Part shown: in pieces, positions 1 through 10,385 of the stretch
How positions within the stretch are numbered: position 1 is the first letter of the stretch
How the letters are laid out: each line of letters starts with the position of its first letter
Source: Nitrospirota bacterium
Lineage (GTDB): Bacteria > Nitrospirota > Nitrospiria > 2-01-FULL-66-17
Direction: 5' to 3'
Length of the DNA: 64,000 nt
Assembly (NCBI GenBank): GCA_049325335.1
Contig: JBMOMC010000001.1
Coordinates: 288,001 to 352,000 of the forward strand
Notes under the pieces: model-generated
The model's input: the letters and a program-made list of their open reading frames with translations, nothing else
The model's database searches: none
Told to the model about the DNA's origin: nothing
Made by a program: the position numbers and the translations under genes

Positions 1-24
1 GTTGAAGGGCTCCACGGAGGCGGC

Positions 25-492
25 ATGTTGACCGCGCACCGACTGGCCTGGCTATTCGTCTGCGCCTTGGCGGTTGCGTCCGCGGCACATGCGGCGACCG
101 TGGACGAGTCGGACCTCGACACCCGCACGCGCGAAGTGGCCAAGACCCTGCGTTGCACCGTGTGCCAGACGGAAAACGTGTGGGAGTCGGGCTCGCCATT
201 CGCGGAACAAGTACGCGAGAACGTTCGCGAACGCCTCCGGCAAGGGCAATCACCCGAGGAGATCCGCGCGTATTTTCTGAGCCGCTACGGCGACTACATT
301 TTAATGCAACCTCCGACGCGCGGGGTTAATTGGATCGTGTGGATCGGCCCGTTCGCGCTCTTGGGCGTGGGTGCCCTCCTGCTCTACCGGTCCTTGTCCC
401 GCTGGGTCACGCCTACCACCGCCGCAACGCCTCCGGTCGAACCGCTCGACGCCGCGTCCCGCTCGCGCATCGAACGCGAGCTGCGTTCGTGA
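25..492 (+). CDS. ccmH: Cytochrome c-type biogenesis protein CcmH (CycL/NrfF family)
   Basis: Signal peptide, LRCTVCQ (LRCxxC) motif, 'YFLSRYGDYILMQPP' and a C-terminal TM helix. Confidence 0.92.
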   Translation: MLTAHRLAWLFVCALAVASAAHAATVDESDLDTRTREVAKTLRCTVCQTENVWESGSPFAEQVRENVRERLRQGQSPEEIRAYFLSRYGDYILMQPPTRGVNWIVWIGPFALLGVGALLLYRSLSRWVTPTTAATPPVEPLDAASRSRIERELRS

Positions 493-515
493 TCCGACCC
501 CGGTTCCCGTTCTAA

Positions 516-1436
516 ATGGTCCTTGTCGCGGTCGGGTTGTTGCTCCTTGCCGTGGGCGTTACGTTGGCCGTCCCCTGGTGGCTCCGCGATCCCGAACCCA
601 TTCCGGTCGGATACGCGGCGGACCAGGACCAAGAACAGATTGATTTGGTCATCGAACGCGAATCCCTGGTGCGTTCGCTCAAAGAATTGGAAATCGAACA
701 CGGCCAAGGTCGGCTCATGGACACAGACTATGCGCGACTGAAAGCCACCGACGAGCGGCGGTTGCTGCAGGTCCTGGATCGCATCGAAGCCCTCGCCGTC
801 ACGGCGCCGGGCGGACCCGCAATCGCCGCGTCCGCCCCGGGATCAACAACATCCCGTCGCTGGCTTGCCGCGCTTGGGTCCGTGGTCCTCGTCCTGGTCG
901 CTGCATCGAGCATTTACGCCTATATCCAATGGAAACAGGCCCGCGTATGGGACGCGGTCAGCGCCCAGGCCGGCCCCACCGGTATGCCTGATCCGCGCCA
1001 AATGGTCGCCCGCCTGGAAGAACGGCTTCGCGCCAACCCCAACGACCTGGAAGGCCAGATCATGGCCGGTCGGTCCTATATGGCGCTCGAGCGATTGCCG
1101 GACGCGCAACACGCCTGGACCAAGGTGATCGAACTGGACCCACGCAACCACGAAGCCCACTACAACCTCGGCGTGGTCATGATCAACACCAGGAAATTCG
1201 ACGACCCGGAACTCTTCAAGACCGCGTTGGGCCATTTTGACCGCGCATTGGTTAACGTGCCCATGGAACCCGCGGTCAACTGGTACCGAGGGTTGGCTCT
1301 GTGGTATCTGAAACGGTACCGGGAAACCGAAGACGCCTGGAGCACGGCCGCGCAAAACCTGCCGCCAGGCAGCGAAGACGCCGAATTCGTCAAATCCGCG
1401 TTGGTGAAACTGCGCGCCGGACAAGTCCCATTCTGA
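516..1436 (+). CDS. ccmI: Cytochrome c biogenesis TPR protein CcmI/CycH
   Basis: Two TM segments flanking 'LKELEIEHGQGRLMDTDYARLK', then TPRs starting 'RLEERLRANPNDLEG'; follows ccmH. Confidence 0.8.
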   Translation: MVLVAVGLLLLAVGVTLAVPWWLRDPEPIPVGYAADQDQEQIDLVIERESLVRSLKELEIEHGQGRLMDTDYARLKATDERRLLQVLDRIEALAVTAPGGPAIAASAPGSTTSRRWLAALGSVVLVLVAASSIYAYIQWKQARVWDAVSAQAGPTGMPDPRQMVARLEERLRANPNDLEGQIMAGRSYMALERLPDAQHAWTKVIELDPRNHEAHYNLGVVMINTRKFDDPELFKTALGHFDRALVNVPMEPAVNWYRGLALWYLKRYRETEDAWSTAAQNLPPGSEDAEFVKSALVKLRAGQVPF

Positions 1437-1464
1437 CCCAATAGCCTCCCCTGTGCGGACCGGC

Positions 1465-1494
1465 TTGACTTTGACGGAGCCGGCTTTCTATCAT
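1465..1494 (+). promoter_or_regulatory. Putative sigma-70 promoter of the KGG gene
   Basis: TTGACT-N18-TATCAT; strong RBS TAAGGAGG before ATG 1561. Confidence 0.5.
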
Positions 1495-1560
1495 CACCAG
1501 GCTCCCCCCGTATCGAGGTCTCGGTTCGAGATAGTCCCTATACCGTAAGGAGGGCATCCC

Positions 1561-1932
1561 ATGCCGGAACGCATCAAGAGTCGTCGCGGGTTCGCCGCGA
1601 TGGATCCTGAAAAGCAGCGTCTCATTGCCAGCCGGGGCGGGAAGGCCGCGCATGAAAAAGGCACGGCGCACGAGTTTACGCCCGAGGAAGCGCGCATCGC
1701 CGGGCGCAAGGGCGGGGAAATCGCGCACCAGCGCGGCACCGCGCACGAATTCACCTCCGAGGAAGCGCGCATCGCCGGGCGCAAGGGCGGGGAAACCGCG
1801 CACCGCCGCGGCACCGCGCACGAATTTACCTCCGAGGAAGCCCGTCTCGCGGGCCGCAAAGGCGGCAAATCCCGTCGCGCGGCCGCACGGGCCCACGCGT
1901 CGCGGGAACCCCAGGACGGGCACATCGTCTAG
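1561..1932 (+). CDS. KGG-repeat general stress protein (YciG/GsiB-like)
   Basis: 'RGFAAMDPEKQRLIASRGGK' followed by three 'HEFTxEEARxAGRKGG' repeats; RBS present. Confidence 0.9.
   Translation: MPERIKSRRGFAAMDPEKQRLIASRGGKAAHEKGTAHEFTPEEARIAGRKGGEIAHQRGTAHEFTSEEARIAGRKGGETAHRRGTAHEFTSEEARLAGRKGGKSRRAAARAHASREPQDGHIV
1660..1869 (+). repeat. 75-bp (25-aa) tandem repeat, about 3 copies, inside the KGG gene
   Basis: Units start at 1660, 1735 and 1810 (GGCACnGCGCACGA...). Confidence 0.9.
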
Positions 1933-2030
1933 TTGCGCAGCGTCCGCTGGGTCGCGGCGACACAGACGCCGCTCCAACTGGCTTTACAGTATCCGCCGCC
2001 TTGATAGACTCGGTCTGCGTCTGCAGACCG

Positions 2031-4301
2031 ATGGCACGACACATCTGGATATACGAACGCGTCGCGGGCCTCCTGATCGCCGCCCTGGTCGCCGCCATAT
2101 ACGTGGCCGGGGGATTCGAGCGCCCGGAGCTGATGACGTACGATTGGCGGCTGCGCGCGTTTCCGGGGACACCGCGAAGCGACATCGTGATCGTCGGCAT
2201 CGACAGCCCAAGCCTCAAAGCTCTCGACACCTGGCCGTGGCCGCGGTCCGTGTACGCGGCGCTTGTCGACCGGCTCACGCAAGCCAACGCCCGCGTCATC
2301 GCATTCGACGTGGATTTCAGCACGCCGCGTGATCCGGACGCGGACCAACTCTTCGCACGCGCGGTCGATCGGTCCCAGCGCGTAGTGCTCGCGGCTTTTG
2401 ACGACCACCGCACGCTGGAGGGTGGCGCCGTCGTCGAGTATGCGAGCCTGCCGTATCCCGCGTTGCTCAACGCGGCTGGCGCCATCGGCTCCATTAATTT
2501 CCCGATCGACGCCGACGGCGCGATCCGCCGCGCCCCGATCGCGACGCCTATGCTGGGCGCCGAGGGCTGGAGCTTCTCGGTCCAGACCACGCGCGCCTAT
2601 CTCAACGCGATCGGAACGCCGGTTCGGCGAACGGTCGACGGGGCGTTGGAACTCGGGGACCACCGGGCCAACGTCGGAGAGACGAATGAATTCTTCGTCC
2701 GCTTCACGGGAGGGCCTTGGACGGTTCCCGTCGTGTCATTCGTCGACGTGCTCAACGGCACGGTCCCCGCGTCGCGGTTTTCCGACAAGATCGTCTTGGT
2801 GGGCGCCACGTCGCTCGACTTACAGGATTTCCGCATCACGCCATTTCACGGCGCAATGGCGGGCGTCGAAATCCAGGCTAACGCGATCGCCACCATCTTA
2901 TCGGGCAGGAGCCAACACCGACTGCCGTTGGTCGCGGTGCTCGGTTGGATGCTGGCGATCCTGTTGTGGTGGACGCTCCTGCTCTTGGCGCTTCGCGTGT
3001 GGCGATGGCTTGAGGTCACACGCCGCGCGCTGATCATTTGCCTGGCCGGATCGTTCACGTTGGCGCTGATTGTGGGGTCGGTGATTGTCGCCTATCACTG
3101 GCTCCTCGTCGTCGACGTAGCGCCGTTAATGGCCACCGCCGTCGGCCAGATGGTCACGTCGTTGATCGCTGGCTACGTGTTCGCGGAACGTCGCCTGGAG
3201 TTCCAACGCGAAAATATTGAAGCGCTGTATCGGATGGGCGACGAGACCCGTGAACGCGCCTCCCTCGATCGCCTCACCGATTTGCTGTTCGCACAGGCCC
3301 GCCACCTGCTCGGGGTGGATCGACTGGCGCTGGAATTGTGGACCGCGGACGATGCGCTGACGCGGGAATGGCGGTCGCGTCCGGACGAAGGCGACGTTCC
3401 CCCAATCTCAGCACGCGTATACCAAGAACTCGTCGTTCGGGTCCGCTCCACCGGCATGCCCGTCACCGCAACGAACTTGGAGCGACACGGCCACACATCC
3501 AAGCGAATACGTCCTCTAGGCGCCAGCTTGTTCGTGCCCTTTGTCGCCCACAATCGCGTCATCGGCATCCTCCAGGTGCACCGTGAACGCGCGCTCCCCT
3601 TCCACGAGGGTGAGGCCAGGACCCTGCTCACCTTGGCAACCCAAGCCGCACTGAACATTGAAAATGGCCGCCTCCTCGACGACGTCCGCACCCTGTTCCA
3701 GCGGAGTTTAGAGGCGTTTTCCACGGCGCTCGACTTCAAAGACAACGACACCGGAGGCCATTCCCAGCGCGTATCGCTCTACGCCAGAGAAATTGCATCG
3801 CGGATGGGCATCGACGGACCAGAGCTGGACGCGATCACGCAAGGCGCATTGCTACACGACATCGGAAAGATCGGGGTCCCCGACCGCATTCTGCTGAAAC
3901 CCGGCAAGCTGACCGACGAGGAATGGGTGGCGATGCGCGAACACCCCGAAACAGGTTATCGGATGCTCAAAACGATCCAGATTCCCGACCCCATCGCCAT
4001 CATCGTGCGACAGCACCACGAACGATTCGACGGGACGGGTTACCCGGGACGACTCAAGGGCACATCCATCGACATCGGCGCTAGAATCTTTACCCTCGTG
4101 GACTACTACGATGCGCTAACCAACGACCGCCCATATCGAAAAGCTCAACCGATCGATCTCGTCATGGCCGATATTCGACATCTCACCGGAAGTCATTTTG
4201 ATCCTCACGTTGTCGACACCTTTTTTGCCATTCCGGATGACATGCTCGGTGGCCTACGTGCTCAAGTCGAACAGACCCTTATTGAGAGGCGAGCGGCGTA
4301 A
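2031..4301 (+). CDS. CHASE2-GAF-HD-GYP membrane sensor, putative cyclic-dinucleotide phosphodiesterase
   Basis: CHASE2 motifs (IVIVGID, WPWPR, DADGAIRR, KIVLVG, GVEIQA), three TMs, GAF, HDIGK and HHERFDGTGYP; ATG 2031 preferred over TTG 2001. Confidence 0.9.
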   Translation: MARHIWIYERVAGLLIAALVAAIYVAGGFERPELMTYDWRLRAFPGTPRSDIVIVGIDSPSLKALDTWPWPRSVYAALVDRLTQANARVIAFDVDFSTPRDPDADQLFARAVDRSQRVVLAAFDDHRTLEGGAVVEYASLPYPALLNAAGAIGSINFPIDADGAIRRAPIATPMLGAEGWSFSVQTTRAYLNAIGTPVRRTVDGALELGDHRANVGETNEFFVRFTGGPWTVPVVSFVDVLNGTVPASRFSDKIVLVGATSLDLQDFRITPFHGAMAGVEIQANAIATILSGRSQHRLPLVAVLGWMLAILLWWTLLLLALRVWRWLEVTRRALIICLAGSFTLALIVGSVIVAYHWLLVVDVAPLMATAVGQMVTSLIAGYVFAERRLEFQRENIEALYRMGDETRERASLDRLTDLLFAQARHLLGVDRLALELWTADDALTREWRSRPDEGDVPPISARVYQELVVRVRSTGMPVTATNLERHGHTSKRIRPLGASLFVPFVAHNRVIGILQVHRERALPFHEGEARTLLTLATQAALNIENGRLLDDVRTLFQRSLEAFSTALDFKDNDTGGHSQRVSLYAREIASRMGIDGPELDAITQGALLHDIGKIGVPDRILLKPGKLTDEEWVAMREHPETGYRMLKTIQIPDPIAIIVRQHHERFDGTGYPGRLKGTSIDIGARIFTLVDYYDALTNDRPYRKAQPIDLVMADIRHLTGSHFDPHVVDTFFAIPDDMLGGLRAQVEQTLIERRAA

Positions 4302-4441
4302 CGCGTTATGTCACGGGTTACACACGACGGCAACTCATTACACAGGTTCGTGTCCGTTCACGGACATTCGTCGGCTCGGCCAGTTTTGTGCGCGAAATAT
4401 TTCGAGATCCGTCGTGGTCGGCCTCTCAGGAGGTACTCGCC

Positions 4442-5530
4442 ATGAACGCACAGCAATTGCCACTCCGCAGGGTGATGGGTATTTTGCTGGGGATACTCGT
4501 CCTGTCGGTCTCGGTCGGGACCGCGCAGGCCGGGTCTTCACATGCCCGCATCATCAGGGCAACGGGAACGGTTGAGGTCTCGAACGTGCCATCCGGGCAG
4601 TGGGTCACCGCATCGTCGCAAACGGTTCTTCCACCGGGATCATCGCTCCGAACCGGTTCCAAATCCACCGTGGTCCTCGAACTTGATGGCGCCACGGTCA
4701 CCCTCTACGAGACATCACTAATTCGCATCCCCACCCAGGCAGTCCCGGCGTCCACCGCGACGAGTCCACTGCGCCATCCGTGGCTCGACTCGGGGCGCGG
4801 CCTGTTCGACGTGACGCCGCGTCAAGATCGGTTACCCTTCTCCGTACACACTCCGACGATTGTCGCCGGCGTGAAGGGAACGGTATTTGAAGTGTCATCG
4901 ACCGGAACGGAGGAAGCGGTGTACGTGTGGGACGGACTCGTGGAAGTCACCTCCCGATTGGACGCGTCCGATCTTCAACTTGTGGGCGCCGGCCAATTCA
5001 CAGTCCTCGATGATCTGAAATTAACTCCCGCGAGTCCGATCCCAGCCGATCGGGCCCGGCCCGAGGAAGACGCCTTGAACCGACATCGAATGGAGACAGC
5101 CCTGAGTGTGAATACGACGACCGTTGATCTCATCACGCAATCTTGGCGCGACGCTGACCAGGCCGTCTTCAAGGACGCCCTAGACGGGGCGCTCGATTTT
5201 CAGACCGTCGTCTCGCTCGGGACGGTGCGAGTTTCAACAACGACATTGACGACCTCGACGGACGCAACCATCCAAACTATAAGTGGTGGCTCAAATACGT
5301 TGATGAATCCGCTGACCTCCGGCGTGTCGTCAGGCGTTGACGCAGTAGCCGCCACGGCACTTCCATCTGTCGACTCCGCGACGTCAACGGTGTCCTCATC
5401 CACGGGTATTCTTACGACGACTCTGTCACCGGTCACAGATACCCTGACAACCGCCCTGTCGCCAGTAGTTGATTCAACCACCGCGACAGTCTCTTCGGTC
5501 GTCACCCCGCTGACGACCCTCGGCTTCTGA
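4442..5530 (+). CDS. Exported FecR-domain protein with a Ser/Thr-rich repetitive C-terminus
   Basis: AGGAGG RBS, signal peptide, FecR motifs 'SLRTGSKS' and 'VHTPTIVAGVKGTVF...VWDGLVEV'. Confidence 0.8.
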   Translation: MNAQQLPLRRVMGILLGILVLSVSVGTAQAGSSHARIIRATGTVEVSNVPSGQWVTASSQTVLPPGSSLRTGSKSTVVLELDGATVTLYETSLIRIPTQAVPASTATSPLRHPWLDSGRGLFDVTPRQDRLPFSVHTPTIVAGVKGTVFEVSSTGTEEAVYVWDGLVEVTSRLDASDLQLVGAGQFTVLDDLKLTPASPIPADRARPEEDALNRHRMETALSVNTTTVDLITQSWRDADQAVFKDALDGALDFQTVVSLGTVRVSTTTLTTSTDATIQTISGGSNTLMNPLTSGVSSGVDAVAATALPSVDSATSTVSSSTGILTTTLSPVTDTLTTALSPVVDSTTATVSSVVTPLTTLGF

Positions 5531-5556
5531 GTATCTACCGGACAAGCCCGCGACGC

Positions 5557-6654
5557 GTGGCGCTCACCCTGAGCGCCACGCTCGCGGTGGCTTCTCCGGC
5601 CACCGCAACCGCAGCCTCATTTACCGCCTCGTCCGTCCTCGGTGTCGACTCGAATGTTTTTCTAAGCGATGTGAATCCTTCCACGAACCAACAAGCCCGG
5701 AGTTCGATGTTCACTCAGACGACCCTCGGCGGAGAGCTTGGGACCGACTCATCGCGAGGACACCGGGTCGGATGGTCGTTTCAGGGTGTACAAAAACACT
5801 ACTTCCAGTATGGGGAGGCGGACAAACTGTTTGCAGAGTCCGCACTCGCGTATCGTTACGCCATCGCGTCGTCGCTGCTGGTGGGCGTGGTCCAGACCGT
5901 CTCCTACGCCAGATTGCAATTACTTGACACTGAGGGGAACACGCTGCCGCGAGACCGCTTTATTGCCTACAGCGGTGATGTACGAGGCTACACACAGTGG
6001 CTGGTATCGCAGTCGCGGTTGACGGTCGGCGCCGGATTGCGCAAAAAGGACATCAACGAGGTCCCCAATATCCCACCCACCATCAACCAGTCACTGGACC
6101 ATCAAGGCTATTTCCTCTACGTCGACGGCGCGCATCGACGGGGCTTCGTGGACGCTGGAGCAGGTTACGAATACGGGGTCTTCCATTATGACGAACTGCA
6201 AGCGCGGGCACGGGACAGCTCAGACCCGCCGACATCGAATCCGGCCCTCGCGCTCATTCAGCACACCGCGCGGTCCAAACTGGCTGTCCGACTGGCTCGC
6301 ACCGCTCGACTGTCGCTAGATGGACAGGCACGGTTGACGAACGACCCATTTGACGGCGAGCTGACGTATCGGCAATACGACATACTGCCGCGCGTGGAGA
6401 TCCGCCTTCCGTTGAATTTGTTGTTCGGCGGCGGAGCGGGGTACCGGACCCGAGTATACGCCAAGCGCCAAGTTCCCACCACGACTGACCGACGCCGCGA
6501 GCGGTTCCTCCAGGCCGACGCTTCCCTTCGCCGCCCGTGGAACGATTATTGTTCCGTCTTCGCCCAGGCCCAGTTTATCCGCAAGACCAGCAACGCGCCC
6601 GGAGATGAATTCCGGTCCCAAGTTTACGCGCTCGGAGTTTCTCTAAACTTCTAG
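5557..6654 (+). CDS. Putative outer-membrane beta-barrel protein
   Basis: Signal peptide, 'GVDSNV' start, alternating aromatic beta-strands and C-terminal 'YALGVSLNF' (terminal Phe). Confidence 0.75.
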   Translation: MALTLSATLAVASPATATAASFTASSVLGVDSNVFLSDVNPSTNQQARSSMFTQTTLGGELGTDSSRGHRVGWSFQGVQKHYFQYGEADKLFAESALAYRYAIASSLLVGVVQTVSYARLQLLDTEGNTLPRDRFIAYSGDVRGYTQWLVSQSRLTVGAGLRKKDINEVPNIPPTINQSLDHQGYFLYVDGAHRRGFVDAGAGYEYGVFHYDELQARARDSSDPPTSNPALALIQHTARSKLAVRLARTARLSLDGQARLTNDPFDGELTYRQYDILPRVEIRLPLNLLFGGGAGYRTRVYAKRQVPTTTDRRRERFLQADASLRRPWNDYCSVFAQAQFIRKTSNAPGDEFRSQVYALGVSLNF

Positions 6655-6724
6655 CAGGCCTATCGACCCCGTAACGCGGATGGAGTAACGATCCTCTTCC
6701 GAACGTCCAGTGACCTACCGTACC

Positions 6725-7339
6725 TTACCAAGGTTCCGGCTCCAGACTCGCCCACAGATAACACGTTGCCACCGACCGATACGGTTGCCACGGAGCGGCG
6801 AGGCGCTCGATCCTCTCGGGTGCCGGGGGCGTCCTGAAGCGGTACGCGCGCCGCACGGCGTTGCGAAAGCCCAGGTCGTAGACCGGCAGCACGTCGGGAC
6901 GGCGCAGGCAGAAGATCAGGAACATCTCCACGGTCCAGCGCCCAATGCCTTTGACTTGGGTCAGGGTCGTGGTCACCTGCTCGTCGTCCAGATCGTGGAT
7001 GCCGGTCAGATCGAACAATCTTTCATCCACGTGGCGGGCCAGACCGAGCAAGTACTCGGTCTTCTGGCGGGACAAGCCGACGGCGCGCAATGAGTCCTGG
7101 GGCGTTCCCAACAACTGTTTTGGAGTCAGCCCCCCGGGATATTGATCGAGCAGGCGCTTGAGAACGGCGCGCGCCGCGGCCACCGACACCTGCTGCGCGA
7201 TAATGGCCTCCACCAACGCGAGAAACCGATCATCACGATAGCGGATCTTGTAGACGCCGACCTGTTCGATCACCCCGCGGAGAACGGGATCAACCCGGGT
7301 GAGATGGCGCCGCGCGGTCTGCAACTCGCGGTCGGTCAC
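6725..7339 (-). CDS. alkA: DNA-3-methyladenine glycosylase (AlkA-like, HhH-GPD)
   Basis: IIAQQVS, GLSRQK, 'VKGIGRWTVEMFLIF...RPDVLPVYDLG', WQPYRS. Confidence 0.88.
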   Translation of the reverse strand: MTDRELQTARRHLTRVDPVLRGVIEQVGVYKIRYRDDRFLALVEAIIAQQVSVAAARAVLKRLLDQYPGGLTPKQLLGTPQDSLRAVGLSRQKTEYLLGLARHVDERLFDLTGIHDLDDEQVTTTLTQVKGIGRWTVEMFLIFCLRRPDVLPVYDLGFRNAVRRAYRFRTPPAPERIERLAAPWQPYRSVATCYLWASLEPEPW

Positions 7340-7341
7340 GT

Positions 7342-7902
7342 TTATAACCCGCGCTCGAGATGGAATTTCAGCTCGTTGAGGCTTTCCTCATGGTGGGTCG
7401 TGACGATCGATCCGACCACCGCGGCCATGAGGTTGGCCCAAAGACCGTTCAGCGTGTGGGACTCCGTCCACGCCACGCGCACCGACCGGCCGTCGTTGCT
7501 CGGCGTCAACGCAATCACGGACTGCACCCCGTGTTGCGGTCCGCCCAGCACCTGATACCGCAGCCGCACGTCCGGAACGACCTCGACGAGCTGGAGGCTC
7601 ATCTCCCATCCCTGGAATCCGTTGGACACCAACACGTCGGCCAGACTTCCCACCGTGCGACCGTCACCTCTGACGAGCGCGACCTGCTCGAGTCCCCGAA
7701 CCCAGTCCGTCCACTGGTCAAGGCTCCCGACTTTGGCCCACGTCTTCTCCGGAGCGGCCAGAATAGTGACCTCGGCGGACACCACATACGTCGGCTCCAA
7801 CAGGAGCTTGGCCGCCGCCAAGACGATCACCGCCAGTGCCCCCGTCCAACCCGCGAACCGCAACAAGGCGCGCATCCTACGTGTCCTTCCCGGAATCACC
7901 AT
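7342..7902 (-). CDS. SRPBCC/polyketide cyclase-like protein with an N-terminal membrane anchor
   Basis: 'ILAAPEKTWAKVGSLDQWTDW' and C-terminal 'SLNELKFHLE' helix. Confidence 0.75.
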   Translation of the reverse strand: MVIPGRTRRMRALLRFAGWTGALAVIVLAAAKLLLEPTYVVSAEVTILAAPEKTWAKVGSLDQWTDWVRGLEQVALVRGDGRTVGSLADVLVSNGFQGWEMSLQLVEVVPDVRLRYQVLGGPQHGVQSVIALTPSNDGRSVRVAWTESHTLNGLWANLMAAVVGSIVTTHHEESLNELKFHLERGL

Positions 7903-7945
7903 GCGCCGTCACGCCACGGACCTCCGCGTTTGCTATACTGCGCGC

Positions 7946-8353
7946 ATGGCATCCACCGCCCGCGGCATTCGCCTCCACCACGTGGCCGTGCAAACCGCGG
8001 ATTTGAGGCGCGCGCGGAATTTTTACGAGACCGTGCTGGGGTTCACGGTGCTCAAGACCGAACGAACCGCCAAGGGGCGAGACATCGTGTGGCTCGGATG
8101 CGGGGACTGCCGCATCGAGCTGTACGGCGCCAAGCCGGGTCAGACCCTGACGACCGGCTGGACCGCCGACCACGTGGGTCCGCTCGCCTTGGGGTTGCTG
8201 GTGGAGAACCTCGACGCCGAGGTCGAACGGCTCCGGACGCTACACGTGACCATTGCCAAACCGCCGTACGAGCCCGTGCCCGGGGAGCGCGCCGCCATGA
8301 TCGCGGGACCCGACGGCGAAGAAATCGTCCTGCTCGAACGCCCCGTCGGGTGA
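7946..8353 (+). CDS. VOC/glyoxalase family protein
   Basis: 'LHHVAVQTADLRRARNFYETVLG' and 'GPDGEEIVL'. Confidence 0.88.
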   Translation: MASTARGIRLHHVAVQTADLRRARNFYETVLGFTVLKTERTAKGRDIVWLGCGDCRIELYGAKPGQTLTTGWTADHVGPLALGLLVENLDAEVERLRTLHVTIAKPPYEPVPGERAAMIAGPDGEEIVLLERPVG

Positions 8354-8365
8354 CCGGTTCGCCAT

Positions 8366-10339
8366 CTAACCGTCCACGGCGTTGAGCAATGTTTCGTACT
8401 GCTCCTGCAGTTCTCCCCACTCCGCGGTCAGTTCATCCACGGCCTTTTTCAGGCGCGCGTGATCGTCCATGGCGGCAAAAAATTTCCCCTTATCTTCATA
8501 CGTGGCGGGGTCGGCGAGCATGGCGGTGAGCCGCTCCAAGTCCTTGCCCTTGTCCGCGAGTTCGCGCTCCACCCGGTCAAGCCGAGTTTTAATCGGCTTG
8601 GTCTGCGCGGACCGACGGGCGCGCTCTTCCGCGTCGCGGCGGCGCTGCTCCTTGGACTTAAACCCGGCCCGTTCCGGTTCCGCCGTGTGGGGTTCCTCCT
8701 CCGGAGGCGACAGAGCGGCCTGCGCCGCGATTTCAGCCTGCTGTCGCGCTTTTTTCTCCAGGTAATACTCGTACCCGTCCGGATACACGACCGCGGTTCC
8801 GTCGCGAACGTCCAACACCGTGTTGGCCACCGACTGGATGAAGTGCCGGTCGTGCGTGATGAAACAGATCGTGCCGGCGTACTCCAACAACGCGGACTCC
8901 AGCACGTCGCGCGAGGGAATGTCCAGGTGGTTGGTGGGCTCGTCCAGCAGCAGGAAATTCGCCGGACGCACCAACATCTTGGCTAACGCGAGACGGCTCT
9001 TCTCCCCGCCGGAGAGCACGGCCACGCGTTTTTTCACCTCGTCGCCGGAAAATAAAAACGCGCCGAGGATCCCGCGCAGAAACGGCAACTCCTGATCCGG
9101 CGCCGCCGAAATCATCTCGTCCAGCACAGTGGCTTTGGGGTCGAGCGCTTCAAGCTGGTGTTGCGCGTAGTAGGCTACGGTGACGTTCTGGCCGTATTCC
9201 ACGGTTCCCGCATCCGGGGTAAGGACGCCGGCCAGCATCTTGAGCAATGTGGACTTGCCCGCGCCGTTGGGTCCCACCAGCGCGACCCGCTGACCCCGCG
9301 TCACGATCAGATCCAATCGGTCATAGATCACCCGACCCGGGTAGGCTTTGCGGATGCCTTCCAACACCGCCACCTCCCGGCCGCTCCGCGGCGGCTGGGG
9401 GAATCCGAACCGGACGCGCTTTCGCTCCGGGGAAATTTTGATCCGGTCCATCTTATCGAGCATTTTGACCCGGCTTTGCACCTGACGGGCCTTGGTCGCT
9501 TTGTACCGAAACCGTTCGACGAACTGCTGGATCTCCTGAATGCGTTTTTGCTGGTTGGCGTACGAGGCCATCAAGATCTCGCGCGCCGCAGCGCGGGCTT
9601 CAACGTACTCGTCATAGGTGCCGGGGTACGAGAGCAACTGGCCCTGCTCCACTTCCACCACCCGCGACACCAAGTGGTTCATGAATTCCCGGTCGTGCGA
9701 AATGAGCACCACTGAGCCGGCGTACTCGCGCAAGAAGCCTTCCAGCCAAATGACCGACTCCAGATCCAGGTGATTGGTGGGCTCGTCGAGCAGCAAGAGA
9801 TCGGGATTCTGCAACAGCAATTTGGCCAATGCCACGCGCATCAACCAGCCGCCGGACAGGTGGTCGGTCGGCTTCTCAAACGCCTCCACCCGAAACCCGA
9901 GCCCGCTCAGAATCTCCCGCGCCTGCGTCTCCACGTTGTACCCGCCCACGGCCTCGTACCGGTGCTGCAGTTCGCCGTACTCGGTCAGCAGGGATTCGAG
10001 TTCATCGCCCGACGCTTTGGCCATTTCCTGTTGCAGCACGCGCATCCGGTGTTCCATACTGGTCGCGCCGGCCGCGGCCGAGAGCACTTCCTGGAGAATC
10101 GTTTTACCCTTGAGCTCGATGATCTCCTGCGGCAAATACCCGATCACCACGCCCTTTTGGGTCTGGACCTGCCCGCTGTCGGGCGACAGACGGTCGGCGA
10201 TCATTTCGAACAACGTGGTCTTGCCCGCGCCGTTGGGGCCGACCAACGCCACGCGCTCACGGGCGCCCACCTGCAACGAGGCGCCGTCAAAGAGCACGCG
10301 GCTTCCGTAGGCTTTGCGGATTTCGTGAAGCGTCAGCAT
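8366..10339 (-). CDS. ABC-F family ATPase (YheS/Uup-like)
   Basis: Two ABC cassettes ([24 protein letters not shown]), no TM segments, C-terminal coiled coil; start at ATG 10339. Confidence 0.95.
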   Translation of the reverse strand: MLTLHEIRKAYGSRVLFDGASLQVGARERVALVGPNGAGKTTLFEMIADRLSPDSGQVQTQKGVVIGYLPQEIIELKGKTILQEVLSAAAGATSMEHRMRVLQQEMAKASGDELESLLTEYGELQHRYEAVGGYNVETQAREILSGLGFRVEAFEKPTDHLSGGWLMRVALAKLLLQNPDLLLLDEPTNHLDLESVIWLEGFLREYAGSVVLISHDREFMNHLVSRVVEVEQGQLLSYPGTYDEYVEARAAAREILMASYANQQKRIQEIQQFVERFRYKATKARQVQSRVKMLDKMDRIKISPERKRVRFGFPQPPRSGREVAVLEGIRKAYPGRVIYDRLDLIVTRGQRVALVGPNGAGKSTLLKMLAGVLTPDAGTVEYGQNVTVAYYAQHQLEALDPKATVLDEMISAAPDQELPFLRGILGAFLFSGDEVKKRVAVLSGGEKSRLALAKMLVRPANFLLLDEPTNHLDIPSRDVLESALLEYAGTICFITHDRHFIQSVANTVLDVRDGTAVVYPDGYEYYLEKKARQQAEIAAQAALSPPEEEPHTAEPERAGFKSKEQRRRDAEERARRSAQTKPIKTRLDRVERELADKGKDLERLTAMLADPATYEDKGKFFAAMDDHARLKKAVDELTAEWGELQEQYETLLNAVDG

Positions 10340-10385
10340 GGAATAGCAGTATACGGAAGGCGTCAGGAACGCCGCAAGCGCCTGC

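Noticed and set aside
1..31. 3' end of an upstream gene (frame 2, stop TGA at 29-31), possibly a ccmG-like gene
   Set aside because: Only nine codons are visible, so no identity can be supported
1660..1869. Regularly spaced repeats as a possible CRISPR array
   Set aside because: In-frame 75-bp coding repeats of the KGG protein with no unique spacers and no cas genes
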